From NCBI GenBank assembly GCA_016939365.1, contig JAFGHD010000002.1:72787-136786 (forward strand): 64,000 nt of DNA, written 5' to 3'. Both the position numbers and the translations under genes were made by a program. Source of the DNA: Bacteroidales bacterium (GTDB taxonomy: Bacteria; Bacteroidota; Bacteroidia; Bacteroidales; JAFGHD01). The number at the start of each line of letters is the position of its first letter. Position 1 is the stretch's first letter. Below are positions 45,110-53,671 of this stretch, one piece after another. Under the pieces are notes generated by a model that saw nothing but the letters and a program-made list of their open reading frames with translations, was not told the origin of the DNA and made no database searches.

Positions 45110-45892
45110 ATGGCCAATAAAGTGGTTGCCCAGCTGATCGTGCAAGAGATCACCCCGCTGGCGGCGGATCACTTTCTGATGCGCTTTCATTCTGATACCG
45201 GTCTCCTTCCGGTCGATGCGGGAAATTTCGCGCAACTTGCGACAGGTGATCCTCCGGCTGTGTTTCTCCGGAGGCCCTTTTCCATCTTTGATGCCGACAC
45301 GGCTTTATCAATGATCACCTTCTACATCAAGGTTGTCGGTAAGGGTACGGCACAACTGACAGGGCAGAAACCGGGCACAAGACTGACCGGCCTTTATCCC
45401 CTGGGAAATTCATTTACAATACCGACGAATGCCAGGAATGCACTGATCATCGCCGGTGGATCGGGGGTGGCTCCTTTCCTTCTCCTTTCAAGAAAGCTGA
45501 AGAAGCAGGGCACTCATGTCACATTTCTTATCGGTGCCAAAAACCGCGAAGAATTAGTGCTCACCGATGTATTCCAAGAATATGGTGATGTGGAAACAAG
45601 TACGGAGGATGGGTCAGAAGGCTTCAAGGGACTGGTAACGGAGCACCCCATACTCAGCCGGAAAGGACAACTCTTTGACCAGGTCTATTCGTGTGGTCCG
45701 GTACCCATGATGAAAGCTGTTTCCAGGTGGGCGTTGAAGAATGACATACCCTGTGAGCTGTCGCTTGAAAACACCATGGCTTGCGGGTACGGCGTTTGCC
45801 TGAGCTGTGTCACAGGAACAACAGAAGGAAACCGTTGTGTATGCACGGAAGGTCCGGTTTTCAATCACAAACTCCTGACATGGCAGACCTGA
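45110..45892 (+). CDS. pyrK: Dihydroorotate dehydrogenase (type 1B) electron-transfer subunit
   Basis: FAD/NAD-binding FNR-like fold ([14 protein letters not shown]). C-terminal 2Fe-2S cysteines [12 protein letters not shown]...CVCTEGPVF. Confidence 0.88.
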   Translation: MANKVVAQLIVQEITPLAADHFLMRFHSDTGLLPVDAGNFAQLATGDPPAVFLRRPFSIFDADTALSMITFYIKVVGKGTAQLTGQKPGTRLTGLYPLGNSFTIPTNARNALIIAGGSGVAPFLLLSRKLKKQGTHVTFLIGAKNREELVLTDVFQEYGDVETSTEDGSEGFKGLVTEHPILSRKGQLFDQVYSCGPVPMMKAVSRWALKNDIPCELSLENTMACGYGVCLSCVTGTTEGNRCVCTEGPVFNHKLLTWQT

Positions 45893-46794
45893 GCGTACAG
45901 ATCAAGAACCTTGTGTTCAGGAATCCGGTGACCCTGGCCTCCGGTACCTGTGGATTCGGTGAGGAGATGACCCCCTTTATCAATCCCGACCTGCTGGGAG
46001 GATTATTCGTAAAAGGGCTGACCATCAGAAATCGTGAAGGCAATCCATACCCCAGAATGGCCGAAACGGCCTCCGGGATGTTGAATGCAATTGGTTTGCA
46101 AAATAAGGGAGTCGACTATTTCATTCAGGATATTTTACCACGCATCCGTCACTACCAGACGCACATCATACCCAACATCAACGGCTCAACAGTAAAGGAA
46201 TACATTCAGGTAGCGGAAAAACTGGCTGATCTTGACCGGATACCGGCCATCGAGCTGAATATTTCCTGTCCCAATGTCAAGGCGGGAGGCATGGAGTTCG
46301 GGATTACGTGCCCTTCTGCCTTTGCGGTGACTGAAGCCATCCGGAAAGTGTACCCGAAAGTCCTGATCGTGAAATTGTCTCCCAATGTCACCCATATCAC
46401 TGAAATTGCAAAGGCAGTGGAGGATGCGGGTGCGGATGCCGTTTCACTGATCAATACCCTGCTGGGCATGGCCATCAATGCGGATACCCGGAAGCCCGTC
46501 CTTTCGACGGTAACAGGGGGTTTGTCAGGCCCGGCCATTAAACCGGTGGCTTTGAGAATGGTTTGGCAGGTGTATCGTTCCGTAGGGATACCGGTCATCG
46601 GTATCGGAGGGATCATGAACGCGCTTGACGCCATCGAGTTCATGCTGGCAGGAGCTTCGGTCGTCCAGGTGGGAACTGCAAGCTTCATTGATCCAACCGT
46701 ATCCCTCAAAGTCATACAGGGAATCGAGGACTACCTGAACATACACCATATCAGCCGGCTCCGGGATCTGACCGGTGGGCTGATTACGGATTGA
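45880..46794 (+). CDS. pyrD: Dihydroorotate dehydrogenase (type 1B) catalytic subunit
   Basis: [57 protein letters not shown] at 45880, overlapping the pyrK end by 13 nt. Confidence 0.92.
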   Translation: MADLSVQIKNLVFRNPVTLASGTCGFGEEMTPFINPDLLGGLFVKGLTIRNREGNPYPRMAETASGMLNAIGLQNKGVDYFIQDILPRIRHYQTHIIPNINGSTVKEYIQVAEKLADLDRIPAIELNISCPNVKAGGMEFGITCPSAFAVTEAIRKVYPKVLIVKLSPNVTHITEIAKAVEDAGADAVSLINTLLGMAINADTRKPVLSTVTGGLSGPAIKPVALRMVWQVYRSVGIPVIGIGGIMNALDAIEFMLAGASVVQVGTASFIDPTVSLKVIQGIEDYLNIHHISRLRDLTGGLITD

Positions 46795-46808
46795 TCCGCG
46801 CCTTCGGC

Positions 46809-47057
46809 CTAGGATTTCTTATCCCTGCTCCCGTTCCTGAGCCGTTTCAGTTCCTGATGCAACCCTTTCAAGTCATCCTCCAGCCTTTCCTGCTTTTCAA
46901 TGGATTTCTTCAACTCCGACTCTTTGCGTTCAAGTTGTGTTTTCAGTTCATCACGCAAGGCTTTCATTTCCTTCACTTCCTGCTCCAGGGAGGATATCCT
47001 GATGAGGTAATCCGATACTTTCCGGTCAAGCGATGAAAATATGCTCTTTGCAGCCAT
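46809..47057 (-). CDS. Small coiled-coil protein (82 aa), function unknown
   Basis: Heptad-rich, charged sequence: ISSLEQEVKEMKALRDELKTQLERKESELKKSIEKQERLEDDLKGLHQELKRL. It lies 22 nt downstream of the LysM gene on the same strand. Confidence 0.5.
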   Translation of the reverse strand: MAAKSIFSSLDRKVSDYLIRISSLEQEVKEMKALRDELKTQLERKESELKKSIEKQERLEDDLKGLHQELKRLRNGSRDKKS

Positions 47058-47079
47058 ATAGTGTCCTTCTGGGGGTCAA

Positions 47080-47574
47080 TCAGTAATAAATAGTCAGTTT
47101 GGTACCTGCACGGATATGATCCGGATCTCCGATCCGGTTATCCCGGACAATGTCGACGTAACGCAAACCGTTCCCATAAATCCTCCGTGCAATAAGAAAC
47201 AGCGTTTCGCCTTCCGAAACCACATATTCCTTTTTCCTGGGTTTGGGGATGAGTGAGGCCAGCGAATCGGCCTGCTTCCTGAGGTGGTTATTCATTGTTT
47301 GCAGTTGTTCGATTTCCTGCTGCATGATGGCAGGGTCGGACTGCCTGGCAGTCTGGTCATCAATGACGGCATCTCCATCACGCAAGATCAGTACCAACCA
47401 GAGCACCAGGAACAATGCACAAAGAAGAAACCCCATCCACATCAGCATTGTTTTTGTTTTGTCCGTCCTTTGCAGGCGGGTGATCATATGCAGAGCCTCC
47501 AGATCGGCACCGCAATGCTTGCAGGATCCGGACATCCCTTCCGGAACCGGCTTTTTACATACGGGACATTCCAT
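47080..47574 (-). CDS. Zinc-ribbon / single-TM / LysM domain protein
   Basis: MECPVCKKPVPEGMSGSCKHCGADL is a CxxC...CxxC zinc ribbon. The TM helix is MLMWMGFLLCALFLVLWLVLIL. The C-terminal LysM is YVVSEGETLFLIARRIYGNGLRYVDIVRDNRIGDPDHIRAGTKLTIYY. Confidence 0.7.
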   Translation of the reverse strand: MECPVCKKPVPEGMSGSCKHCGADLEALHMITRLQRTDKTKTMLMWMGFLLCALFLVLWLVLILRDGDAVIDDQTARQSDPAIMQQEIEQLQTMNNHLRKQADSLASLIPKPRKKEYVVSEGETLFLIARRIYGNGLRYVDIVRDNRIGDPDHIRAGTKLTIYY

Positions 47575-47723
47575 CTTTGGATGTTTATGGTGCCGAAATA
47601 TACGAAAAAAGAAGATTAAACGCAAGGACCCGGATCATTATTTATTTCGTCGCATGAACCGGGAAAAATCGTTACATTATTGTAATTTTGTATTCGATCC
47701 CTCTGAATTCAAATCCATCCGAT

Positions 47724-48332
47724 ATGTTGATCAAAATCCATCCGGAAAACCCAAGCTCCAGATACATCAAGCAGGCAGTTGAGTGTCTGAGCGGCGGCGG
47801 AATTGTCATATTCCCCACCGACACCATTTATGCACTCGGATGCGATATCTACAAACCGAAAGCCATTGACAGGGTGGCACAGGTGAAGGGAATCCGAAAG
47901 GAGAAAGCCAATTTTTCTTTTCTTTTCCATGATCTGAGCCATCTTTCAGAATTCACGCTGCCTGTTGGCAATGAAGTATTCAAACTGATGAAAGCCACCC
48001 TTCCAGGCCCCTTCACCTTTATCCTGAAAGCAAACAGCAATGTCCCCAGGATTTTCCAGAGCAAGAAGAAAACGATCGGCATCAGAATCCCGGACAACAA
48101 CATCCTGACCGAGATCATCAGGGAACTGGGTAATCCCCTGCTCTCGACATCCATTCACGACGATGACGAGATACTGGAATACACAACGGATCCTGAGCTG
48201 ATACACGAAAAATACCGCGGTATTGTTGATCTGGTGATCGATGGAGGTTATGGAGACAATATACCGTCTACCATTATAGACTGTACCGGAGATGAGCCAC
48301 TGATCATCAGGGAAGGAAAGGGAGAGATATGA
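47724..48332 (+). CDS. tsaC: L-threonylcarbamoyladenylate synthase (TsaC/YrdC/Sua5 family)
   Basis: GGIVIFPTDTIYALGCD, KGIRKEKANFSFLF, LPGPFTFILKA, IGIRIPDN, PLLSTS. ATG at 47724. Confidence 0.85.
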   Translation: MLIKIHPENPSSRYIKQAVECLSGGGIVIFPTDTIYALGCDIYKPKAIDRVAQVKGIRKEKANFSFLFHDLSHLSEFTLPVGNEVFKLMKATLPGPFTFILKANSNVPRIFQSKKKTIGIRIPDNNILTEIIRELGNPLLSTSIHDDDEILEYTTDPELIHEKYRGIVDLVIDGGYGDNIPSTIIDCTGDEPLIIREGKGEI

Positions 48333-48688
48333 CGGGAAAGGAAATGCTGCAGATTGAAGGGAATATTCATGCAAATACCGGAAACGCATATCCGGGAACC
48401 GAGCAGTTTGATACCCTTTTGAATGGAAATGGCTGGAAGGTGGAGCGTATCATTACCTTTGGCAGTATTCATGAACCGGGTCCATGGTATGATCAGGATA
48501 CTGGTGAATGGGTGCTGTTGATTGAGGGTGAGGCATCCCTTGAAATGGAGGATCATGGTATCATCAGGATGAAGGGTGGGGATTATTTGTTCATTCCGGC
48601 TCATGTGAAGCACCGTGTGGTTGAGACATCAGCACATCCGAACTGCCTGTGGCTGGCCATCCATGGAGACATGCCCCGTAAGGGGTGA
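48329..48688 (+). CDS. Cupin domain protein
   Basis: EWVLLIEGEASLEMEDHGIIRMKGGDYLFIPAHVKHRV shows the two-motif cupin pattern. An ATGA overlap couples it to tsaC. Confidence 0.65.
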   Translation: MTGKEMLQIEGNIHANTGNAYPGTEQFDTLLNGNGWKVERIITFGSIHEPGPWYDQDTGEWVLLIEGEASLEMEDHGIIRMKGGDYLFIPAHVKHRVVETSAHPNCLWLAIHGDMPRKG

Positions 48689-48747
48689 TTTGAAAAAAAT
48701 CTTGGACTTTACCTTCATTACCTGTAATTTTGCACACCAACGAATAC

Positions 48748-48823
48748 GATTCCGTAGCTCAGCCGGTAGAGCATATGCCTTTTAAGCATAGGGTCCCGGG
48801 TTCGAATCCCGGCGGGATCACCA
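48748..48823 (+). tRNA. tRNA-Lys (anticodon UUU), with genomically encoded CCA
   Basis: Manual cloverleaf. The acceptor stem pairs GATTCCG with CGGGATC. The D arm is GCTC/GAGC. The anticodon stem pairs TATGC with GCATA, with loop CTTTTAA. The T arm pairs CCGGG with CCCGG, with loop TTCGAAT. The discriminator is A, followed by CCA. Confidence 0.9.
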
Positions 48824-48832
48824 AAAACACAA

Positions 48833-48864
48833 AACCCGCTGCGGTAACCCGAAGCGGGTTTTTT
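48833..48864 (+). terminator. Rho-independent terminator after tRNA-Lys
   Basis: The stem pairs AACCCGCT (48833-48840) with AGCGGGTT (48853-48860) around a 12-nt loop. A T-run follows through 48864. Confidence 0.7.
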
Positions 48865-49097
48865 CGTCCGGACTCTGAGTCAGGTGTGCCTGTGCGGGGA
48901 AGGCCGGATTAAGAAACCGCCGGGCCGGAGGAATGTCAGGTTTTGTGTCCGGAATCCGGAGTCAAACGGGCCCGGCCCTTTGACCGCTCATGCCGGTGAT
49001 GCCCCCTCATATTTCCATGCAGGATAAAATATCCGGCCTCATTTGAAATTCTGTCATGAAAAATGGCAATTCAGATTAAACCGATATGATCGGATTC

Positions 49098-49679
49098 TCA
49101 GGTCTGTAAAAGTTGTCTGTGGATTTCGAGCACCTGTGGGATGACCGGCCGAGTGCCGTCATTGATGATCACCCAGTCGGAAGCCTGTTCCTTCTTTGCC
49201 TGATCCCACTGGTATGCCATTCTCATGAGTATCTCATCCCGGGTCAGGCCGTCCCTTTCCGTGATGCGCTGAACCCTGAGCGATTCAGGTGAGCTCACGG
49301 TAATGATCTTGTCGAACAGTTCAGTGAATCCGCTTTCGAACAGCACTGCGGCTTCCTGGATAATATAGGGTTTGTCATTATGTAATTCACACCAATGCAT
49401 AAAGTCTTCACGAACCTTTGGATGGATGATATTCTGAAGCGAATTGAGGGCTGCAGGATCGGTAAAGACGATATCCGCCATTTTCCTGCGGTCCACTTCG
49501 GTACCCTTCAATATTCCCTGACCGAATCGTTTGATAACAGCATGTGTTATCAATGGATCGTTCAGAAACCTTCTCGCACTCAAATCTGCAATGAAGACAG
49601 GCACTCCGAGCACTTCAAAGATCGAGGCGATGATCGACTTTCCACTTCCCATGTTTCCGGTCAGCCCTACCTTGATCAT
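49098..49679 (-). CDS. coaE: Dephospho-CoA kinase
   Basis: MIKVGLTGNMGSGKS is the P-loop. 193 aa with typical CoaE length and layout. Confidence 0.9.
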   Translation of the reverse strand: MIKVGLTGNMGSGKSIIASIFEVLGVPVFIADLSARRFLNDPLITHAVIKRFGQGILKGTEVDRRKMADIVFTDPAALNSLQNIIHPKVREDFMHWCELHNDKPYIIQEAAVLFESGFTELFDKIITVSSPESLRVQRITERDGLTRDEILMRMAYQWDQAKKEQASDWVIINDGTRPVIPQVLEIHRQLLQT

Positions 49680-50677
49680 GATCCGTCGATAATGAATTCC
49701 ACTGCGTCGGGTTCCATTCTTACCAGGCGAATAAAGGGAGGATGCTGCTCCAGGTGCAGAGGCAACAGATTTCCCTTCCGCTCCGCAGCATTGCTGAGGC
49801 GGGCGACCACTTCGAACATCGACGGGTCAAGACGGTTGAAGTCCTTAAGAGCAACAAGAAAGGAAAGTCGTACCGAAGCCGGAAAAGTCCTGGCTGACTC
49901 GCCATGAATTCCCCTGAACTTCACAGGAAGCTCCAGCATTGTTTCCGTGAACTCCTCGACAAGGAGCGTTACTTCCACCTCTTCCGGGCTCAGTTGAACA
50001 GGCCCTACACCGGATGGAACGACAAGGGGTATTGTCAGTATTACAGATCGTTCGAGCCCGGTCATTTTTATAGTCTCTGTTTCCACGCCCGCCAGATCCC
50101 GGATCATATGGTTCAGACCTGAGATATGAACACTGTCAGGGCTGATCTGCACGGAATCGTATAGCATGAACTGTTTTTTGAAGCTGATATCCAGTCTGGG
50201 AATTACCGGCACCAGCCTTTTCCTTGCTGCTTCAAACTCAAGCAGGATGTTCTCCGGGGTAATGGCAGCAATATGGGCTTCAATGCCGAGCAGGCGGGTC
50301 ACTTCATCAGACAGCTTTGAGGTATGTATGGTTGCCGTGTAGCCGTTTTTTTCATGGATGATCTTCAGATGATCCAGGTGAATATCAACAGGTTCCTTCC
50401 TCCTCAGGTAAAAAGCACTGAACAATGCGTATCCGCTTCCCTCCAGGCGAAAAGAGAGGATACTGTCCGGTCTGTTTACGAGTATCAGATTATTGGGAAC
50501 ACGGGTGTAGACGATCGGGATGTCCAGAGAAGCGGAATACTCTTTCGAGAGAAGGCTGATCAGCCAGAGCAGCACTGAGATCAGGAAACAGACCAGAAAA
50601 ATATATAATCGTGTCCTGAATCGTACCCTTTCCGGTTCAGGTTTGGATTGAAAAAACTGAAGAGAACCGAAGCTCAA
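49676..50677 (-). CDS. YbbR-like domain-containing protein (CdaR-type repeats), membrane-anchored
   Basis: N-terminal TM helix LYIFLVCFLISVLLWLISLL. It is followed by repeated ~85-aa beta-rich segments, as in YbbR proteins. It occupies the yajC / ybbR-like / coaE position that I recall as conserved in Bacteroidetes. A 4-nt overlap joins it to coaE. Confidence 0.55.
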   Translation of the reverse strand: MSFGSLQFFQSKPEPERVRFRTRLYIFLVCFLISVLLWLISLLSKEYSASLDIPIVYTRVPNNLILVNRPDSILSFRLEGSGYALFSAFYLRRKEPVDIHLDHLKIIHEKNGYTATIHTSKLSDEVTRLLGIEAHIAAITPENILLEFEAARKRLVPVIPRLDISFKKQFMLYDSVQISPDSVHISGLNHMIRDLAGVETETIKMTGLERSVILTIPLVVPSGVGPVQLSPEEVEVTLLVEEFTETMLELPVKFRGIHGESARTFPASVRLSFLVALKDFNRLDPSMFEVVARLSNAAERKGNLLPLHLEQHPPFIRLVRMEPDAVEFIIDGS

Positions 50678-50687
50678 AGCAACAACA

Positions 50688-51017
50688 CTATTTATGGGCG
50701 GAAAGCTGCGAGGAGCTGTCCATGGAAACTGCAGATTTTTCGATCTTCAGGCGGTTCTGTCCTTCCACTTCAATGATCACGGTAGTATCGGAAATTTCCA
50801 GGATCTTGCCATGAATACCTCCAATGGTCACGATTTTATCCCCCTTTTTCAACGATTCCCGGTATTTTTTTTGTTCCTTGCTTTTTCTCATCTGGGGTCT
50901 GATGAAAAACATGTAAAAGACAACGATAATGAGAAGAAGCATCAGGAAACTCATGTATCCGCCTCCCTCCTGCCCTTCGGCCGGCGGCATGAAAAGCAAC
51001 ATGTTCAAGTAGTCCAT
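50688..51017 (-). CDS. yajC: Preprotein translocase subunit YajC
   Basis: FLMLLLIIVVFYMFFIRPQMRKSKEQKKYRESLKKGDKIVTIGGIHGKI. ATG at 51017. Confidence 0.88.
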   Translation of the reverse strand: MDYLNMLLFMPPAEGQEGGGYMSFLMLLLIIVVFYMFFIRPQMRKSKEQKKYRESLKKGDKIVTIGGIHGKILEISDTTVIIEVEGQNRLKIEKSAVSMDSSSQLSAHK

Positions 51018-51078
51018 CGGTTTTGTGTTATTAGTGGGGTGATCAATTGACTCAATAATAGGATGATTGGGACAAAAG

Positions 51079-51546
51079 CTATGGCGCAACAATCATTGCC
51101 CTTATTTTCAGGTATGTCTTGTTTGGCTGCGTATTGGAGAGAACAGTGATGGTTTTGGTCTGTAACCCCCTGCGGCCATGACTGTCAAAGGTAACCGTCA
51201 AAACCTTCTCCTCTCCCGGTTTTATGGGTATCCTGGGAAACTTGGGGACAGTGCAACCACACGAGGTACTGACATTGGAAATGATCAGGTCTGATTTTCC
51301 TGTATTTCTGAACCTGAAACCATAGGAAACCACTTCTCCTTCAAGGATTTTACCAAAATCATGTTCCAGTTTGTCGTATTCGATACGGGGCAACTCATCC
51401 AGATCCATATCTCCCGATACAGTTACCGGATTGTTGACAATATCGCCATTCAGATGCTTCCGGCCTTCGCCGCACTGCCAGAATAACACACTGGAGCTTG
51501 CAGCGATGAAGATAAAGACGAAGTATTTTTTTACCTTGAATATCAT
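51079..51546 (-). CDS. DUF1573 domain-containing protein (probable lipoprotein)
   Basis: HDFGKILEGEVVSYGFRFRNTGKSDLIISNVSTSCGCTVP is the DUF1573 signature. Confidence 0.75.
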   Translation of the reverse strand: MIFKVKKYFVFIFIAASSSVLFWQCGEGRKHLNGDIVNNPVTVSGDMDLDELPRIEYDKLEHDFGKILEGEVVSYGFRFRNTGKSDLIISNVSTSCGCTVPKFPRIPIKPGEEKVLTVTFDSHGRRGLQTKTITVLSNTQPNKTYLKIRAMIVAP

Positions 51547-51719
51547 GTGGCAAAATTAACAAAAATGGCCAACCCGTATCATGCTGCCTGTCCGCTGAAT
51601 ATTACTTAAGTTTGTAAAAATTCATTGACCGGAAACCTGAACCGGAAGGCGCTGTCTGAATAATCGCTTTTCATTTGGAGACAGCCGCTAAATATTACTT
51701 GAAAACAAATAGATCATCA

Positions 51720-52262
51720 ATGCTGATCTACCTGATCGGTTTCATGGGAGTGGGAAAAACGACAACCGGCAAATCACTGGCCAGGCTGCTGGGAATGAAT
51801 TTCATCGATCTGGATGACTATATTGCATCCAAATACAGGCTCACCATCCCCGATTTTTTCAGTAAATACGACGAGCAGGCTTTCCGGGCAGCCGAAAATG
51901 TCGCATTAAAGGAGCTATCCGGAACAAACAATGCAGTCATCGCCACAGGCGGAGGAACGCCTTGCTTCCATGATAATATGAAACTGATGAACCGAACAGG
52001 CCATACTGTATTTCTTCAAATGGATACCGATTCAATAATCAGACGGCTTTCTTGCTCCAGGAAAAACAGGCCGCTTGTCAAGGGCAAATCAGGCGAAGAG
52101 ATCCGTGAACTGGTGAACAAACTGCTTTCCGAAAGAGAAAAGTTTTATCTTCAGGCCCGGGTAATCATCTCCGCCAGTGAGAATTCAACGGAAAGAATAT
52201 TTAAGGCGCTGGGGTTCAGCCCAATACAAACACGCAGCAAGAAAGAGCAGAAAGAAATATGA
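51720..52262 (+). CDS. aroK: Shikimate kinase
   Basis: MLIYLIGFMGVGKTTTGKSLA, DLDDYI, ATGGG. ATG at 51720; the track ORF starts at a TTG at 51675. Confidence 0.9.
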   Translation: MLIYLIGFMGVGKTTTGKSLARLLGMNFIDLDDYIASKYRLTIPDFFSKYDEQAFRAAENVALKELSGTNNAVIATGGGTPCFHDNMKLMNRTGHTVFLQMDTDSIIRRLSCSRKNRPLVKGKSGEEIRELVNKLLSEREKFYLQARVIISASENSTERIFKALGFSPIQTRSKKEQKEI

Positions 52263-52375
52263 TACGGACAAAGCTATAAGATTCATCGTTTTTATATGTA
52301 TAAAGTTCTAATCGTTCCAATCAGAGAAGCATTCGGATTAACAGCATAAATATACTCCGTTAACAAACCAGTCGA

Positions 52376-52792
52376 ATGAAATCTTACAGGAAAGAACTTT
52401 GGTTCAGCACACCGACGCGGCGGCAGCTTATCAACATTACCCAGGATGTTGCCCAATGTGTTACGGAAAGCGCTATCAGTGAAGGGCTTTGCCTGGTGAA
52501 TGCCATGCATATTACTTCCAGTGTTTTCATTAATGATGATGAAAGCGGCCTGCATCATGATTTCGATGTCTGGCTGGAAAAGCTTGCCCCGGAAAAACCC
52601 TATTCACAATACCGGCATAATGGTTTTGAGGACAATGCAGATGCACATCTCAAAAGGACGGTGATGGGAAGGGAAGTCGTGGTAGCCATTACGGAAGGCA
52701 GGCTCGATTTCGGTCCATGGGAACAAATATTCTACGGTGAATTTGATGGCAAAAGACGGAAGAGAGTACTGGTAAAGATCATCGGTGACTGA
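52376..52792 (+). CDS. yjbQ: YjbQ/UPF0047 family protein (secondary thiamine-phosphate synthase enzyme)
   Basis: INITQDV..., [49 protein letters not shown]. Confidence 0.85.
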   Translation: MKSYRKELWFSTPTRRQLINITQDVAQCVTESAISEGLCLVNAMHITSSVFINDDESGLHHDFDVWLEKLAPEKPYSQYRHNGFEDNADAHLKRTVMGREVVVAITEGRLDFGPWEQIFYGEFDGKRRKRVLVKIIGD

Positions 52793-53007
52793 CGCGGACC
52801 GGAAACTGATTCCCTGACACCATTTCCTGATCAGATATTTTATCCATACCTTTTTTAACTACCTTTCCTTACTGTTTAAACCCTCTTTTCCACGCAGAGG
52901 ATATGCATCTTTGTTTTCATCTTCGCCTTACTGGCGGTATCCTGCAGAAAGGAACCTGAAGTGCTGGCTTCCTGGGAGGAGCAATACGCAGTATAATGTA
53001 ACTGGCC

Positions 53008-53671
53008 GTGAACAGGAGGATAAAAAACAGGTGGTTGCTTTTAATGTTGGCTGCAATTATGACTCCTTGGATTTGTATGCCGCAGAAATCGACAGTCAAG
53101 GGTTTCGTAAGCGACGGCAAAACAGGAGAGCCCGGCCACTTAACCACCCTAAAGTTTGCTAAAATAAAACGGGGAAAGCATTTCAGACGACCGGGGATTC
53201 TTCATCCCGCAGGATATGGAACCCGGGCCGTTACCGGATCACAGCATCAAGTCTGGGATACGATTCTGTCAGTCATGAAATGGAGATGCTTCTTTCATGG
53301 TTATCCGACTGGGCCCGTCCGCACAACGAATACGGCTTAAGAACTACCGCCAGGTGTTCAAATACAACAGGAACAAAATGTACAACAAACATAAATTCCC
53401 CGGCAAACCGGATTACCAGATTTGTGATTTCGTTATTGAAAAGGGTTTTTTACAGGGATTTGATGTCTCAATCAGGTTACCTGTGTACCAACGGCTTGAT
53501 GCTCCCGATAAAAGAAGTCTTATCCTCAATAACCGGACATCCTTCACCGTGGAGTTCAACATAACCAACATTTACAACCCGCGGAACATCTTTTACATGG
53601 ACCGCCTGACCAATCAAAAAAACTATCAGTTACCCTTCACTCCGGGCTTGCGTCTGAGCTATTGCTTTTGA
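53008..53671 (+). pseudogene. Degraded TonB-dependent-receptor-like outer-membrane protein gene: signal peptide and CarboxypepD_reg start, several frameshifts, a large internal deletion, and a retained C-terminal beta-strand ending in Phe
   Basis: Frame 1 reads MNRRIKNRWLLLMLAAIMTPWICMPQKSTVKGFVSDGKTGEP. The rest of the CarboxypepD_reg pattern is split over two other frames (ISDDRGFFIPQDMEPG, then RYRITASSLGYDSVSHEMEML). The last 40 codons of a third reading (…VEFNITNIYNPRNIFYMDRLTNQKNYQLPFTPGLRLSYCF) look like a beta-barrel terminus. The total is only ~660 nt, against ~2.4 kb or more for intact relatives. Confidence 0.6.

Noticed and set aside
48730-48912. A 60-aa ORF overlapping the tRNA-Lys gene, and the idea of a genomic island integrated at this tRNA.
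   Set aside because: The ORF is simply a reading through the tRNA. I found no direct repeat of the tRNA 3' end elsewhere in the window and no integrase. The downstream genes (coaE, yajC, aroK) are core housekeeping genes.
48866-48960. Possible SRP (4.5S) RNA, because of two GTCAGGT words and GGAAGG.
   Set aside because: The conserved helix-8 core (…CAGGUCCGGAAGGAAGCAGCC…) is not present contiguously, and I could not build the long closing helix.
51598-51700. A 10-bp direct repeat AATATTACTT (51598-51607 and 51691-51700) and a 7-bp stem (GCTGTCT/AGACAGC) upstream of aroK.
   Set aside because: They are short enough to occur by chance in an AT-rich intergenic region. No mobile-element or riboswitch features are associated with them.
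52292-52558. An 88-aa minus-strand ORF overlapping the yjbQ start, and the small ORFs at 52911-53162 and 53280-53564.
   Set aside because: The first is antisense to yjbQ with no motif. The others are the alternative frames of the frameshifted receptor pseudogene and not independent genes.
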